A stretch of 64,000 nt of DNA from an uncultured Lentisphaeraceae bacterium (GCA_949289005.1 CASEMQ010000067.1:128365-192364); one strand, 5' to 3'. Positions 1 to 9,863 are shown, numbered from the stretch's first letter. The notes: generated by a model from the sequence alone, not told the origin. Translations and numbers: made by a program.

Positions 1-302
1 TCGCGCGTCTGCGCCAGCGAATAATGCACCTCCTTGCCCTGACGCTCCGAGACGATCAACCCCGCGCGACGCAACACCTGCAAATGGTGCGACACCACCG
101 CCTTGCTCGCCCCCATCATCACACCCAGGTTCGTCACGCACTCCGTGCAATGGCATAGCACCCAGAAAATCCGCAACCGCGTCGGATCCCCCACCAACGC
201 GAAAAACCGCGCCACCTCCCCAAACCGTCCCACATCCGGCATCCGCGCCAACACCCGCTGAATGTCCTGCCCATGATGATGCGGCAAATCATAATGCGCC
301 AT
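1..302 (-). CDS. ArsR/SmtB-family transcriptional regulator (3' end runs off the window)
   Basis: Not in the ORF track; my translation from ATG at 302 is MAHYDLPHHHGQDIQRVLARMPDVGRFGEVARFFALVGDPTRLRIFWVLCHCTECVTNLGVMMGASKAVVSHHLQVLRRAGLIVSERQGKEVHYSL. It has the DPTRLRI, VSHHLxxLR and RxGKxVxYSL winged-helix motifs, with GGAGG upstream. Confidence 0.9.
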   Translation of the reverse strand, partial: MAHYDLPHHHGQDIQRVLARMPDVGRFGEVARFFALVGDPTRLRIFWVLCHCTECVTNLGVMMGASKAVVSHHLQVLRRAGLIVSERQGKEVHYSLAQTR

Positions 303-332
303 CGCCAATCCTCCTTCCCGACTCACGATACG

Positions 333-357
333 AAAAGGGGAGCCAAAAGGCTCCCCT
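333..357 (-). terminator. Intrinsic terminator after the PEP-CTERM cluster
   Basis: AGGGGAGCC-aaaa-GGCTCCCCT stem followed by a T run on the minus strand, 24 nt past the stop at 381. Confidence 0.7.
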
Positions 358-380
358 CACACACGCGCAAACGCCGCGCC

Positions 381-1019
381 TCAGCGAACCCGGCGACGCA
401 ACGCCGCCCCCGCCAAGCCCAACGCCAGCAACGCCAACGCCGTCGGCTCCGGCATCGGAGCGTGAAACGTACCCGCAATCCACGTCGGATCGATGAACTC
501 CGCTTTTATCGGTTTGCCATCGGGTGTCACGTAATCACTGCCAGCGACGTTGACGTAGCCATTGTCGCAAACGGTATTCCCAACGGTTCCCGCTTGGGCG
601 ACCGCATACTTGGTGGCATCGGCCACATTGCTATTGTTGAAGATGACCAAGTAATAATAACCTTCGTTGGTAACATTACCGAAACCCACGTGGTTGGTGT
701 ACCCTGTCGCCGGGTTTTTCTCCTTAGCCGGACCACGCACGTCTTGTCCGGAAATATCGCTGGCGGAGACGAACGTCGAGCCGGCGGTGTCACCTTCCGC
801 CCCGGACGCCGTTCCATAACCTTGCCCACCAATCTCGTTGTTCACGGCGGTCACCACCTGCGTGCCCGACGTAAGCTGTGTGGTCGAATAGACGAAATAA
901 ACGCTCGAATTGGATTCCCAAGTACCGGAAGCGTTGGAGTTCCACTGCCACGAAACCGTAACTGCCGACGCATAACCAACAATCATGGCACCGAAAGCGG
1001 CCAACAAACACTTTCTCAT
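381..1019 (-). CDS. PEP-CTERM sorting-domain surface protein
   Basis: Signal peptide MRKCLLAAFGAMIVGYASA; C-terminal MPEPTALALLALGLAGAALRRRVR (PEP, TM helix, Arg cluster). Confidence 0.9.
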   Translation of the reverse strand: MRKCLLAAFGAMIVGYASAVTVSWQWNSNASGTWESNSSVYFVYSTTQLTSGTQVVTAVNNEIGGQGYGTASGAEGDTAGSTFVSASDISGQDVRGPAKEKNPATGYTNHVGFGNVTNEGYYYLVIFNNSNVADATKYAVAQAGTVGNTVCDNGYVNVAGSDYVTPDGKPIKAEFIDPTWIAGTFHAPMPEPTALALLALGLAGAALRRRVR

Positions 1020-1057
1020 AGTCTCTCCCTTGCTGACAAAATCAACACTGAACAGTT

Positions 1058-1882
1058 TTATTGCGCAGAAGCCGCACGATAGTAGTAGAATGCCTCGCCA
1101 GGCGCAATGGTGCGCTCCTCGTCCGTGACCGCGGCGTCTGCCGCCGACTTGTCACGCGGAATGACCGCATGACCGTTTTCGCGGTAAACCTCCCAAGTGT
1201 CGATGCCTTGCCCATCGTTGTAGTAGATGTAGGTCAGGTAGGACGACGAACCGGCCTGGACGCGAAGCAACTGGTCACCATTCTGAAGATCCGCAATATC
1301 GTAGATGTCCACGGGTTCGGAGGTGTTGTTGCCAAACATCAACATCCCATTCATGTCGCCGGAATACGCGACAATCTTTTCGGTTTGAGTGTGCTGTTCC
1401 CCACAGAAGATGGTTTCGGCGGGACGTTCCGACGTTTCGGTCGCAACAGCAATCCCGGGGATGGTGAACGTAACGCCCTTGGCATTCAACCACAGATAGG
1501 CCTTGTTCTGGACCAAATCCTCGCCCGTGGAGTCACCGTCATTCGGCGTCCACGCCAACGCGCCATCCGAGCCTTTCTTCAATCTCCACGAGGTGTTGGC
1601 CGCATACCCCTCCTCCTCGGAATTGCCTTGGATCGTGAGCGTGGTGGACTCGGAGAAGCCCTCCGTGGTGGGCGGGAGCACGTCGTTGAGGGGCGCACCC
1701 TTGGTCTGACCTTGGCCGGTGATGTCGAAGCCGCGCACGGGGAGACAGAGGAATTGGTAGCCCGTGTCGCTCTCGACGGGCGCCTTGCGGATGACCACGG
1801 CCGTGTTGTTGCCCGGGACGCCGGCGGCGATTGCCGCGCCCGTAATCGCCACACAGGCGGAAAAGACGAACAGACTCTTCAT
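1058..1882 (-). CDS. Secreted hypothetical protein (Verrucomicrobia/Kiritimatiellia-type, possibly TIGR02597-like)
   Basis: Signal peptide MKSLFVFSACVAITGAAIA, AAGGAG RBS, C-terminal IAPGEAFYYYR; ATGA overlap with the upstream gene. Family call from memory only. Confidence 0.75.
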   Translation of the reverse strand: MKSLFVFSACVAITGAAIAAGVPGNNTAVVIRKAPVESDTGYQFLCLPVRGFDITGQGQTKGAPLNDVLPPTTEGFSESTTLTIQGNSEEEGYAANTSWRLKKGSDGALAWTPNDGDSTGEDLVQNKAYLWLNAKGVTFTIPGIAVATETSERPAETIFCGEQHTQTEKIVAYSGDMNGMLMFGNNTSEPVDIYDIADLQNGDQLLRVQAGSSSYLTYIYYNDGQGIDTWEVYRENGHAVIPRDKSAADAAVTDEERTIAPGEAFYYYRAASAQ

Positions 1883-2970
1883 CGTGTTTCTCCTTGCAGG
1901 TTTTTATCGCCCTTCAGGCGGTAAAAACGCGTTGTATCATTGAAAACCGGAATCGAGACGACACCCTCTTCTCTGATACGCCACTTAGTATAGCGCATCG
2001 CGTCGGAATTCGCAAGTCCTTTTTCTTGGAGGAAGGTATCGAAGGGTACCCACGTGCCGTCGAGCGCGTCCGACGTCTCCAGCGTGTAGGTCGTGATGTC
2101 GGGCGCTTGGGCCGGGGAGAGGGTAAGCGACAGCGTGGGCGTCCCGCCCCCCTGCGCGAGCGACATCCCCGAGATGGCCGGCTTGAGCGCGGCCTCGATG
2201 GCCGTAGGGTCGGTCAGCGTCTCACCGGCAACCACAATCGATGAAAGGGGCGCGGTCTCCTGAATCGCGGCAATGGTCGTCGCACCGCTATACCCACCAA
2301 AAGTCATCCCTTCTGGAAGATTCATCGCAATATTCTTCACACCCATCGGGGTTGCCTCGAAACGATGGCAAAAAGAAGCACCGTAGGCGGCAAGCGGCGT
2401 GGGCGCCTTCCCGTCGGTCACGCGCGCGGCAACCGTCGTCTCCCCGGTTTGAGGGTCGACGACCCGCGTATCGAACACCACGCAATAGAGGTAGGCATAA
2501 CGCATAGGGCGCGTACCGGCAGAGTTCGGCCAATAAAACGACATCAGTCGATATTCCCCATTGCCGCCACTCAAGGGTTGCCACGTTCCTGCAGGAAGTC
2601 CATCTTCGCCAACGACTTGGGTTGTCTCGTCGGCGTTGGCGGTGGCGAGCGTGGCCCACGTGAGCACATCGAGGTTGTCTTCCTTGGCCTGCAACGTGCC
2701 ATCGGCGGCAATAGCGAAGGGAACCTCCTCACCTGTAGCGGTCGTCGATAGGACAATCCCACTCTTGGGCACGGCGAAGACAAACCCAAATTGTTCCCCC
2801 GGGAGCGCGACCGATCCATCGGCGTACGTGAGCGGCGCGGAACCAATGGTCTGCTCCCCGGAAGTCACGCCACGCACGAACATGATTTGCGCATATGTCG
2901 ACAAGCCAATTTGCGCCCGGGCGAGGGGCGCGAGAGCGAGCAACGCGAAGAGAAAACAACTGTTTTTCAT
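1879..2970 (-). CDS. Secreted hypothetical protein with a C-terminal Y-x-LE-x-S-x-x-L-x-x-x-W...FYR domain
   Basis: Likely start MKNSCFLFALLALAPLARA (ATG 2970, signal peptide). The ORF-track extension to 3273 runs through the dispersed repeat. C-terminus YTLETSDALDGTW...TRFYRLK. Confidence 0.75.
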   Translation of the reverse strand: MKNSCFLFALLALAPLARAQIGLSTYAQIMFVRGVTSGEQTIGSAPLTYADGSVALPGEQFGFVFAVPKSGIVLSTTATGEEVPFAIAADGTLQAKEDNLDVLTWATLATANADETTQVVGEDGLPAGTWQPLSGGNGEYRLMSFYWPNSAGTRPMRYAYLYCVVFDTRVVDPQTGETTVAARVTDGKAPTPLAAYGASFCHRFEATPMGVKNIAMNLPEGMTFGGYSGATTIAAIQETAPLSSIVVAGETLTDPTAIEAALKPAISGMSLAQGGGTPTLSLTLSPAQAPDITTYTLETSDALDGTWVPFDTFLQEKGLANSDAMRYTKWRIREEGVVSIPVFNDTTRFYRLKGDKNLQGETR

Positions 2971-2977
2971 GGGGATA

Positions 2978-2986
2978 AGTGTAGCA
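2978..2986 (-). promoter_or_regulatory. Extended -10 (TGcTACACT), leaderless
   Basis: 7 nt upstream of ATG 2970, no Shine-Dalgarno. Confidence 0.55.
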
Positions 2987-3120
2987 AAAATGCGGGGGTG
3001 TTGCCAAGAACGGGCAAGCGAAACGGTGAACGGCGGACCGGGAGCGGCGCGTTTTTTCCGGGCGTCGACGGGGCTTTGCGCGGGTGCGGGAAACGGCCGT
3101 TTCGGCCTTCGGTTTGGGGT

Positions 3121-3280
3121 TGTCGATAACTTTCGCGAATCTGTCGAAAACCTGTTGAAAGCGGGAGCGGCCGGGAGGGGGTCAAAAAGGGGGAATTCAA
3201 TCAGGGAGCGGGGTCGTTTTTCGGGATGCGCCGTACCTCGGGTTGAGACACGGCGCATCCCGGGGTGAGGCACGGCGCGA
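3121..3280 (+). repeat. Dispersed intergenic element, copy 1
   Basis: TGTCGATAACTTTCGCGAATCTGTCGAAAACCTGTTGAA-N36-TTCAATCAGGGAGCGGGGTCGTTTTTCGGGATGCGCCGTACCTCGGGTTGAGACACGGCGCATCCCG; homologous to copies at 15.8, 38.7 and 60.7 kb. Confidence 0.9.
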
Positions 3281-3394
3281 TTCCGTCGACCGCAGTCCGT
3301 GCACGATTCGCCTGCACGGCGCCGCGTACCGCAGGACGCACCCGGGCGGGCGGGGATTGCGCGGCGGGGCGGGGTGCGTTAGGATAGAGACACT

Positions 3395-4633
3395 ATGAAT
3401 CGCAGAAACTTTCTTTCCATGTTGGGGGTCACGGGCGCGGGGGTCGCGCTGGGACCCGGAGTCGTGACCGCCGCCGAGGTCAAGCAGCCTGCCGCCGAAA
3501 CCAGGCAACCCGCGACCGAGGGTTTTGCCGTGGCGCCCTATGCGCAGCTGACGGCGCCGGGCGTCGTCGAGATTCGCTGGCGCACGCGCATGCCCGCGAC
3601 CGCCACCGTTTTCTGGACACAGGAGCCCGCGCGGCCGCGCGAGGGCTGGGCGCGCGCCGTCCGCACGGAGGATGGGATGATCGCGGCCAACGAGGTGGCG
3701 CACCGCATCGTGCTGGAGGGGTTGGACCCGGCCAAGCCGCTTGCCTTCGAGGCCGTCTCCGAGCCCATCACGAGTTTCGGCGCCTACAGCATCCGGCGGG
3801 GCGCGGCCTTTGCGTCGGGCGTGCGGACGTTGCGGCCGACGCTCAACGCGGACGGCTCGCTCACCTTCGTGGTTTTCAACGACCTGCACGGGCAGGCGGC
3901 CAACCACCTGCCCCACTTCCTGGCGTTGCCGGAGGTGGCGGCGGCCAAGCCGGCCTTCGCGCTCTTCAATGGCGACTGCGCCGATGACTGCGGGTCGCAG
4001 GAGGGCGTCGAGAAACGCTTCCTCAACGCCTTGCCGCCCCTCACGGAGGCCGGGCTCCCGGCGCTTTACCTGCGCGGCAACCACGAGTATCGCGGGGCCA
4101 TGGCGCGGCGCATCCGCGCCAACCTCGCCCCGCTCGCCAACGGCAAGTTTTACGGCGCCTTCGACCTCGGCCCCGCGCGGTTCCTCATGCTGGACAGCGG
4201 CGAGGACAAACCCGACGACGCCAAGGTCTACGGCGGCCTGCTCGCCACCGACGCCTATTTGCGGGAGCAGGCCGACTGGCTCCGCCGCGAGGTAGCCTCG
4301 CCCGCCTGGAAGGCCGCCAAGCATCGCTTGGCCTTTTGGCACATCCCGCCGGTGAGCGACAATCCCGGCGAGGACAAGTGGTATGGCCCCACGCGGCTAC
4401 GCGAGCTCATCTCGCCCACGCTCAAGGACGCGGGGCTGGACGCCTTGGTCAGCGCCCACACCCACATGCACCGCTTGGTCAAGCCCACCGAGGCGCACCC
4501 CTATCCCATCCTGATCGGCGGCGGGCCAAACCCCAAGGGCGCCACCGTCATCCTCGCGCGCGTCTCCGCGCAGGGCGTCAGCCTCGTCGCCTACGGGCAC
4601 GACGGCAAGGCGCTCCACGAGGTCAAGGCCTAA
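3395..4633 (+). CDS. Tat-exported metallophosphoesterase (FN3/purple-acid-phosphatase-like N-domain plus calcineurin-like domain)
   Basis: MNRRNFL Tat signal; NDLH, NGD, RGNHE and AHTH motifs. Confidence 0.85.
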   Translation: MNRRNFLSMLGVTGAGVALGPGVVTAAEVKQPAAETRQPATEGFAVAPYAQLTAPGVVEIRWRTRMPATATVFWTQEPARPREGWARAVRTEDGMIAANEVAHRIVLEGLDPAKPLAFEAVSEPITSFGAYSIRRGAAFASGVRTLRPTLNADGSLTFVVFNDLHGQAANHLPHFLALPEVAAAKPAFALFNGDCADDCGSQEGVEKRFLNALPPLTEAGLPALYLRGNHEYRGAMARRIRANLAPLANGKFYGAFDLGPARFLMLDSGEDKPDDAKVYGGLLATDAYLREQADWLRREVASPAWKAAKHRLAFWHIPPVSDNPGEDKWYGPTRLRELISPTLKDAGLDALVSAHTHMHRLVKPTEAHPYPILIGGGPNPKGATVILARVSAQGVSLVAYGHDGKALHEVKA

Positions 4634-4636
4634 GCC

Positions 4637-5854
4637 ATGAAGCGCCGCGCCTTCCTGGCCGCCCTTGGCGGCACCGTCGCCGCGCCCGCGCTCGTCGCCG
4701 CGCCCGCCCCCAAGGACGGGGCGCGGGGCAAGGGGACGGGCGCGGACTTCCTCCAGCCGCCCACCGCGCAACTCGTCGGCCCCGACGCGCTGGCCATCTG
4801 CTGGCGCACCGCGGGGGCCTCCGCCGGGAGCGTCCGCTGGACGCAGGACCCCGACCTGCCCGAAGAAAAGTGGGCCACCGCGCGGCGCGTCGTGGACGGG
4901 CTTGTCGCCTCCAACCGCCCCGACCACCTTGTCACCCTGCGCGGCGTGGACTTCACGAAGCCGATCCGCTTCCGCGTCGAGTCCGTCGCGACGACGATGG
5001 ATCCGTGGTGGACGCGCTTCGGCGAGACGACCCGTGGCGAGACCGTCGCCATCCCGCCGCTTGTCCGCGCGGGCGACGCGCTCACCTTCGCGGTGCTCAA
5101 CGACCTGCACGCCAACACCGCGCTCATCCCCGACCTGCTTGGGCTGGCGCCCATCGCCGAGGCCAACCCGGCCTTCGTGGCGCTCAACGGCGATTGCGCC
5201 GGCAACGTCAGCGGCCCCGAGCAGTTGCGCAAGGCGTTGCTCGGGCCGATGGCCGACCTCACCGCCCGCGGCGTGCCCATGCTCTTTCTGCGCGGCAACC
5301 ACGAGTATCGCGGCGTGATGGCGCGCCGCCTGCGCGAGGCCTTCGCCACCTTCACGCCCACCGACGCCTATTACGCCGACTTCGCCCTCGGCCCGTTGCG
5401 CCTGCTCCTGCTCGATGGCGGCGAGGACAAGGTCGACACCCACCGCGAATACTGCGGGCTCCTGGCGTGCGAGGATTACCTGGCGCAAGAGGGGCGTTGG
5501 CTCCGGGGCGCCGTGGCCACGCCGGAATGGAAGGCCGCCAAGCGCCGCCTCGCGCTCTGCCACATCCCGCCCGAATGCGGCAATGCGGACGAGGACGCCA
5601 AGCATGGCCCCGCGCGTCTGCGCCGTTTCCTCTCGCCGAGCCTCCGCGAGGCCGGGCTGGCCGCCCTGCTCTGCGCGCACACCCACCGCGAGGGTTTCCT
5701 CCCCGCCACGGAGGCGCGCCCCTACCCCATCCTCATCGGCGGCGGCCCCAAGGCCAAAAACGCCACCGTCACGCTCGTGCGGGCCACCCCCGAGCGCCTC
5801 GACATCACCGCCTACGCCCACGACGGCACGCGCCTGCACGCCATCAACACCTAA
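4637..5854 (+). CDS. Tat-exported metallophosphoesterase, tandem paralog
   Basis: MKRRAFL Tat signal; NDLH, NGDC, LRGNHEYRG, AHTH and PYPILIGGGP shared with the upstream gene. Confidence 0.85.
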   Translation: MKRRAFLAALGGTVAAPALVAAPAPKDGARGKGTGADFLQPPTAQLVGPDALAICWRTAGASAGSVRWTQDPDLPEEKWATARRVVDGLVASNRPDHLVTLRGVDFTKPIRFRVESVATTMDPWWTRFGETTRGETVAIPPLVRAGDALTFAVLNDLHANTALIPDLLGLAPIAEANPAFVALNGDCAGNVSGPEQLRKALLGPMADLTARGVPMLFLRGNHEYRGVMARRLREAFATFTPTDAYYADFALGPLRLLLLDGGEDKVDTHREYCGLLACEDYLAQEGRWLRGAVATPEWKAAKRRLALCHIPPECGNADEDAKHGPARLRRFLSPSLREAGLAALLCAHTHREGFLPATEARPYPILIGGGPKAKNATVTLVRATPERLDITAYAHDGTRLHAINT

Positions 5855-5861
5855 AAAGTGC

Positions 5862-5890
5862 TTGCTTTTTAACGCGATATTTGATATACT
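5862..5890 (+). promoter_or_regulatory. Sigma70 promoter of sbcDC (leaderless)
   Basis: TTGCTT (5862-5867), 17 nt, TATACT (5885-5890) with TGn extension; ATG follows 6 nt later. Confidence 0.7.
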
Positions 5891-5896
5891 GCACGT

Positions 5897-7132
5897 ATGA
5901 AAGTCATTCATACGGCAGATTGGCATTTGGGCGCGAGGCTCCATGACCAGGAACGCGCGGACGAGCACCGGGCGTTCCTGGCTTTTTTGTTGGGGTTGAT
6001 CGAGACGGAACGGCCGGACGCGTTGTTGGTGTCGGGGGACATCTTCGACATGCGCCAGCCGGGCCTTTCGGCGCAACGGCAGTATTACGCGTTTCTGGCG
6101 GATCTGGCGGCGTTGCCCTACCGCCCGATGTGCGTCATCACGGCGGGCAACCACGACTCGGCCTACTTCCTGGCCTCGGCCAAGGAGGTGCTGCGCTTCC
6201 TGAACGTGCGGGTGGTCGCCAAGGCGGGGGAGGATGTGGCGGACGAGGTGGTGACGTTGCCCCGCGCGGACGGTTCGCCGGGACTGGCGATCGCGGCGAT
6301 CCCCTTCCTAAGCGAGGGCGAGCTGAACAACATCGCCCGCGCGGCCGGCGTGACGGAGGACGTGCCCGGCGGCCCCCGCCGCGCCGAGGTGGGCTGGCGG
6401 CGCCACGTGCGGGCCGTCATCGCGGCCGCGCGGGCCGCCGCGCCGGGCGTGCCCGTGGTGGCGATGGCGCATGGCACGCTGACGGGCGCGACGGTGAGCG
6501 ACGACCGTTCGGAGCGCGGGCGGCGCATCGGCGGCGTGGAGGCGTTGCCGGCGGATGCCTTCGCGGGGGCCGACTATGTGGCGTTGGGGCACCTGCACCT
6601 GCCGCAGGCCGTCGGCGCGGCGCACAACATCCGCTACGCGGGCGCGCCGCTGGCGATGAGTTTCGACGAGGCGGCGCGCGCCAAGTCCGTGACGGTGGTG
6701 GAGCCGGGCGAACGCGCGGGCGACCCGATCGCGGTGCGCGAGGTGCCGACGCCGTGCCCCGTGGCGTTGCGGCGCTTCACGGGCACGGCCGAGGACGTCC
6801 GCCGCGACCTCGCGGCCTTCGCGGCCACGGATGCGCCGGCCTATGTGGCGGCGCGCGTGACGGAGGGGGAGGGCGACCTGACGGCGCTCTGGCCGGCGCT
6901 GCAGGCGCTTTTCCCGCCGGAGAAGGCGGCGCGCCTCCTGCTGATGGAGGATGCCCGGGCGGCGGTCGCGCCGGGCACAGGGCTGGCCGCCGTGGCGGAG
7001 GGACAGCCGCTCGATGCGCTCGAGCCGCTGGAGGTGGCGCGTCTGCGCCTGGATGAGCTGCCCAACCTCTCGGACGAGGAGCGCGCGGCGTATCTGGATC
7101 TGGTGAAAGAGGCGATGGGGGACCTGGCATGA
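5897..7132 (+). CDS. sbcD: Exonuclease SbcCD subunit D
   Basis: HTADWHLG, SGDIFD, AGNHDS, YVALGHLH and RYAGAP..SFDE motifs. Confidence 0.95.
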   Translation: MKVIHTADWHLGARLHDQERADEHRAFLAFLLGLIETERPDALLVSGDIFDMRQPGLSAQRQYYAFLADLAALPYRPMCVITAGNHDSAYFLASAKEVLRFLNVRVVAKAGEDVADEVVTLPRADGSPGLAIAAIPFLSEGELNNIARAAGVTEDVPGGPRRAEVGWRRHVRAVIAAARAAAPGVPVVAMAHGTLTGATVSDDRSERGRRIGGVEALPADAFAGADYVALGHLHLPQAVGAAHNIRYAGAPLAMSFDEAARAKSVTVVEPGERAGDPIAVREVPTPCPVALRRFTGTAEDVRRDLAAFAATDAPAYVAARVTEGEGDLTALWPALQALFPPEKAARLLLMEDARAAVAPGTGLAAVAEGQPLDALEPLEVARLRLDELPNLSDEERAAYLDLVKEAMGDLA

Positions 7133-9855
7133 GGCTGTGCAACGTGGCTTTCGCGAACCTCAATTCCTTGGCCGGCGCCTGGCGGATCGACTTCGAGGCG
7201 CCGGCGTTCACCGACGGGCTCTTCCTTATCGGCGGCGAGACGGGCGCGGGCAAGACGACCATCCTGGACGCCGTGTCGCTGGCGCTCTATGGGCGCACGG
7301 CACGCCAAGGCACCGTCACGAAGTCCGGCAACGCGATTCTCTCCCGCGGGCATGGCTATGCCTGGGCCGAGGCGGAGTTCGAGACCGCCGAGGGACGTTT
7401 CCGTGCGCGTTGGGAACAGCACCGTGCGCGCAACAAACCGCAGGGCGAGCTGCAAAACGTCGTCGTCTCCCTCTTCGATTGCCGCGCGAACCGCGAACTC
7501 AGCGACCATCGCCGCAAGGATACGCGCCGCCTCATCGAGGCCAAGGTGGGGCTTTCGTTCGACCAGTTCCAGCGCACGATGATGCTCGCGCAGGGGCAAT
7601 TCGACCGCTTCCTCGCGGCCAACGATGCCGATCGCGCCGACATCCTCCGGCAGACCACCGGCACGGAGCGCTTCGCGCAGGTGGGCGAGGCCATCCACCA
7701 ACGCTACACCAACGCGCGAAACGAGGTGGAGCGTCTGAAAACCGAACTGGGGACGCTCACGGCGCTCACCCCGGAAGCGCGCCAAACCATCGCGGACGAA
7801 CTGGACGCCTATCGGGCGCAGGCCAACGCGGCGCGCGCGGCGTCTGAGACGCTGCAGGCGCGTTTGAAGACCTTTGACGAGGCCGCCAAGGCCGACTCCG
7901 ACGCCCAAGCCGACGTGACCCGGCGCGAGGCCGAGGCCAAGACCGCCGAGGCCGCACGCGAAAAGGCCGAAGCCAGACTGAAGGAAAAGGTGACCGGCCG
8001 GAAGGCCATCGCCAAGGTCGCGAAAGAAGCCGAGCCGAAAATCCGCGTGGCCCTGGACTTGGAAGGGCGGCTCTCGCAGGCGAAAACCAAGTGCGAGGCG
8101 CTCGCGAAACATCACGCGGCCACCGTGAAGACCCTCGCCGCCACCCGAACCGCCCTGACGCGGCGCACGCGGGAGATGGAGGAGGCCGAGGCCCTGGCCA
8201 ACGCGCTCCACGCCATGCTGGAAGGGCGCGAGGCGGCTTTCCCGGCATCCGCCGCGGACCTGCGCCGGGAGGCGGCGCGTTTGCGCGACTTGCGCACGGC
8301 GCTTGCCCGCGAGGCGGACACCCTGGGCACGCTCGGCGAACAGGCCACGCAGGCACGCGCGGAGGCGGAGGCGGCCGAAGCGTCCTTCGAGGCGCGGGAG
8401 CCAGACTTGCGCGCGGCCTTGGCGAACGCGGGGTTGGCAGTGGATCTGGCGGTGCGCGTGGCGAGCCTGGAGGAGCACCGCAAGGCGTTGGAGGCCGGCA
8501 AGCCGTGCCCGCTCTGCGGCGCGTTGGAGCACCCCTACGCCATGGGCTCGCATCCGGAAAAGTCGCAGGCCGAACAAGCGCGCGACGCCGCCAAGGAGGC
8601 GCTGGAACGCGCACAGGCCGCGCGCGACAAGGCCGATGCCGCCGCCCGGAAGGCCGAGAAGGCCCTGCGCGACGCGGAGGCCAAGGGGAAACGCCAACGC
8701 GAGGAATGTGCCGCGCTGGAGAAGGGATTCGGCGAGCAAGCCGCCGCCGCGAAGGCCAAAGCCAAGACCAACCGCGAGACGATTGCGGAGACGCGCCAAA
8801 CGCTGGACGAACAGGAAGCGCAGGCAACCGCGGAGGCGGGGTCGCTCGCGCAGGCCGAGGAAACGTGCGAGCGTTTGACGGCGGAACTGAAGGCGATCGG
8901 GCTGCCCATGCCGCCCGAAGCGCTCCGCGATGACCTGCGGCAACGTTGCGACGATGCAGCCAAGGATGTCGCCGCCGCGGAGACGACGTTGGCGGCCGCG
9001 CGGGCGAAGACGGACACGGCGCGGCAGGAGTTCGAGGCGGCCAAGGCGTTTGCCGAGACGGCCCGGGAGAGGCACGAAGCCGCGCGGGAAGCGCTCGGGG
9101 AGCCGCCCGAAACGTTGCGGGGGCGCGAGGCGGAACAGGCGCAAGCGATCCGCGACCTCGACCAGGAGATTGGCCAGCGGCTGGAGAAGTTGACGCGGGA
9201 CGACCAAGACCGCGACCGGCACGCACGGAAGCAAAAGGAACTCGACCGCGCGCGGGCGCTTTGCGACCGTTGGAAGAAACTCAACGACTGGCTCGGCGGC
9301 ATGGACGGCGACAAGTTCAACCGCTACGCGCAGGGCATCACCCTGCGGCAGTTGCTCCGCCATGCCAACCCGCACCTGCTCGCAATGTCGCAGGGGCGTT
9401 ACGCGATGGTGTGGTTGCCCGCCATCAACGCGGACAAAGAGACCACGGAAAAGGACGACGCCAAGGAGTCGCCCCCGCCGCCCTTGGTGCCCACGATCGT
9501 GGACAACGACCAGGCGCGGGCGCTCCGCCCGGTGAGCAATCTCTCGGGCGGCGAACGCTTCCAAGTCTCCTTGGCGCTGGCGTTGGGGCTCTCGGAGATG
9601 TCCGGCGCGAAGGTGCGGGTCGACACACTCTTCCTGGACGAAGGGTTTGGCACGCTCGACAGCAAGACGTTGGAGGCGGCCCTCGACACCTTGACGCGGA
9701 TTCAGCGCGACGGCAAACTCATCGGCATCATCTCGCACGTGGCGGCCTTGGGCGATCGTATCCGCGCGAAAATCCATGTGACCAAGCGCGGCGGCGGCCG
9801 CTCCATGATCGAAGGCCCCGGCGTGACGGCATTGGGGGACAGCGCCAAGACCTGA
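7129..9855 (+). CDS. sbcC: Exonuclease SbcCD subunit C (SMC-like ATPase)
   Basis: Walker A GETGAGKT, LAQGQFDRFL, zinc hook CPLCG, signature LSGGE, Walker B LFLDEGFGTLD. Confidence 0.95.
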   Translation: MRLCNVAFANLNSLAGAWRIDFEAPAFTDGLFLIGGETGAGKTTILDAVSLALYGRTARQGTVTKSGNAILSRGHGYAWAEAEFETAEGRFRARWEQHRARNKPQGELQNVVVSLFDCRANRELSDHRRKDTRRLIEAKVGLSFDQFQRTMMLAQGQFDRFLAANDADRADILRQTTGTERFAQVGEAIHQRYTNARNEVERLKTELGTLTALTPEARQTIADELDAYRAQANAARAASETLQARLKTFDEAAKADSDAQADVTRREAEAKTAEAAREKAEARLKEKVTGRKAIAKVAKEAEPKIRVALDLEGRLSQAKTKCEALAKHHAATVKTLAATRTALTRRTREMEEAEALANALHAMLEGREAAFPASAADLRREAARLRDLRTALAREADTLGTLGEQATQARAEAEAAEASFEAREPDLRAALANAGLAVDLAVRVASLEEHRKALEAGKPCPLCGALEHPYAMGSHPEKSQAEQARDAAKEALERAQAARDKADAAARKAEKALRDAEAKGKRQREECAALEKGFGEQAAAAKAKAKTNRETIAETRQTLDEQEAQATAEAGSLAQAEETCERLTAELKAIGLPMPPEALRDDLRQRCDDAAKDVAAAETTLAAARAKTDTARQEFEAAKAFAETARERHEAAREALGEPPETLRGREAEQAQAIRDLDQEIGQRLEKLTRDDQDRDRHARKQKELDRARALCDRWKKLNDWLGGMDGDKFNRYAQGITLRQLLRHANPHLLAMSQGRYAMVWLPAINADKETTEKDDAKESPPPPLVPTIVDNDQARALRPVSNLSGGERFQVSLALALGLSEMSGAKVRVDTLFLDEGFGTLDSKTLEAALDTLTRIQRDGKLIGIISHVAALGDRIRAKIHVTKRGGGRSMIEGPGVTALGDSAKT

Positions 9856-9863
9856 CCGAACGC

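Noticed and set aside
3121..3160. Recurring peptide VDNFxxSVENLLK in ORFs 2561-3268, 15746-16204 and 38369-38908
   Set aside because: It is the translation of the DNA repeat; the ORFs overlap real genes and share no start or stop.
3121..3160. oriC call for any single DnaA-box-like cluster
   Set aside because: Four near-identical copies, no dnaA/dnaN and no clear AT-rich unwinding element; no single origin can be supported.
3395..9855. Two phosphoesterases plus an SMC-like ATPase as a novel defence system
   Set aside because: sbcDC is canonical with its own promoter, and the upstream phosphoesterases are Tat-exported.
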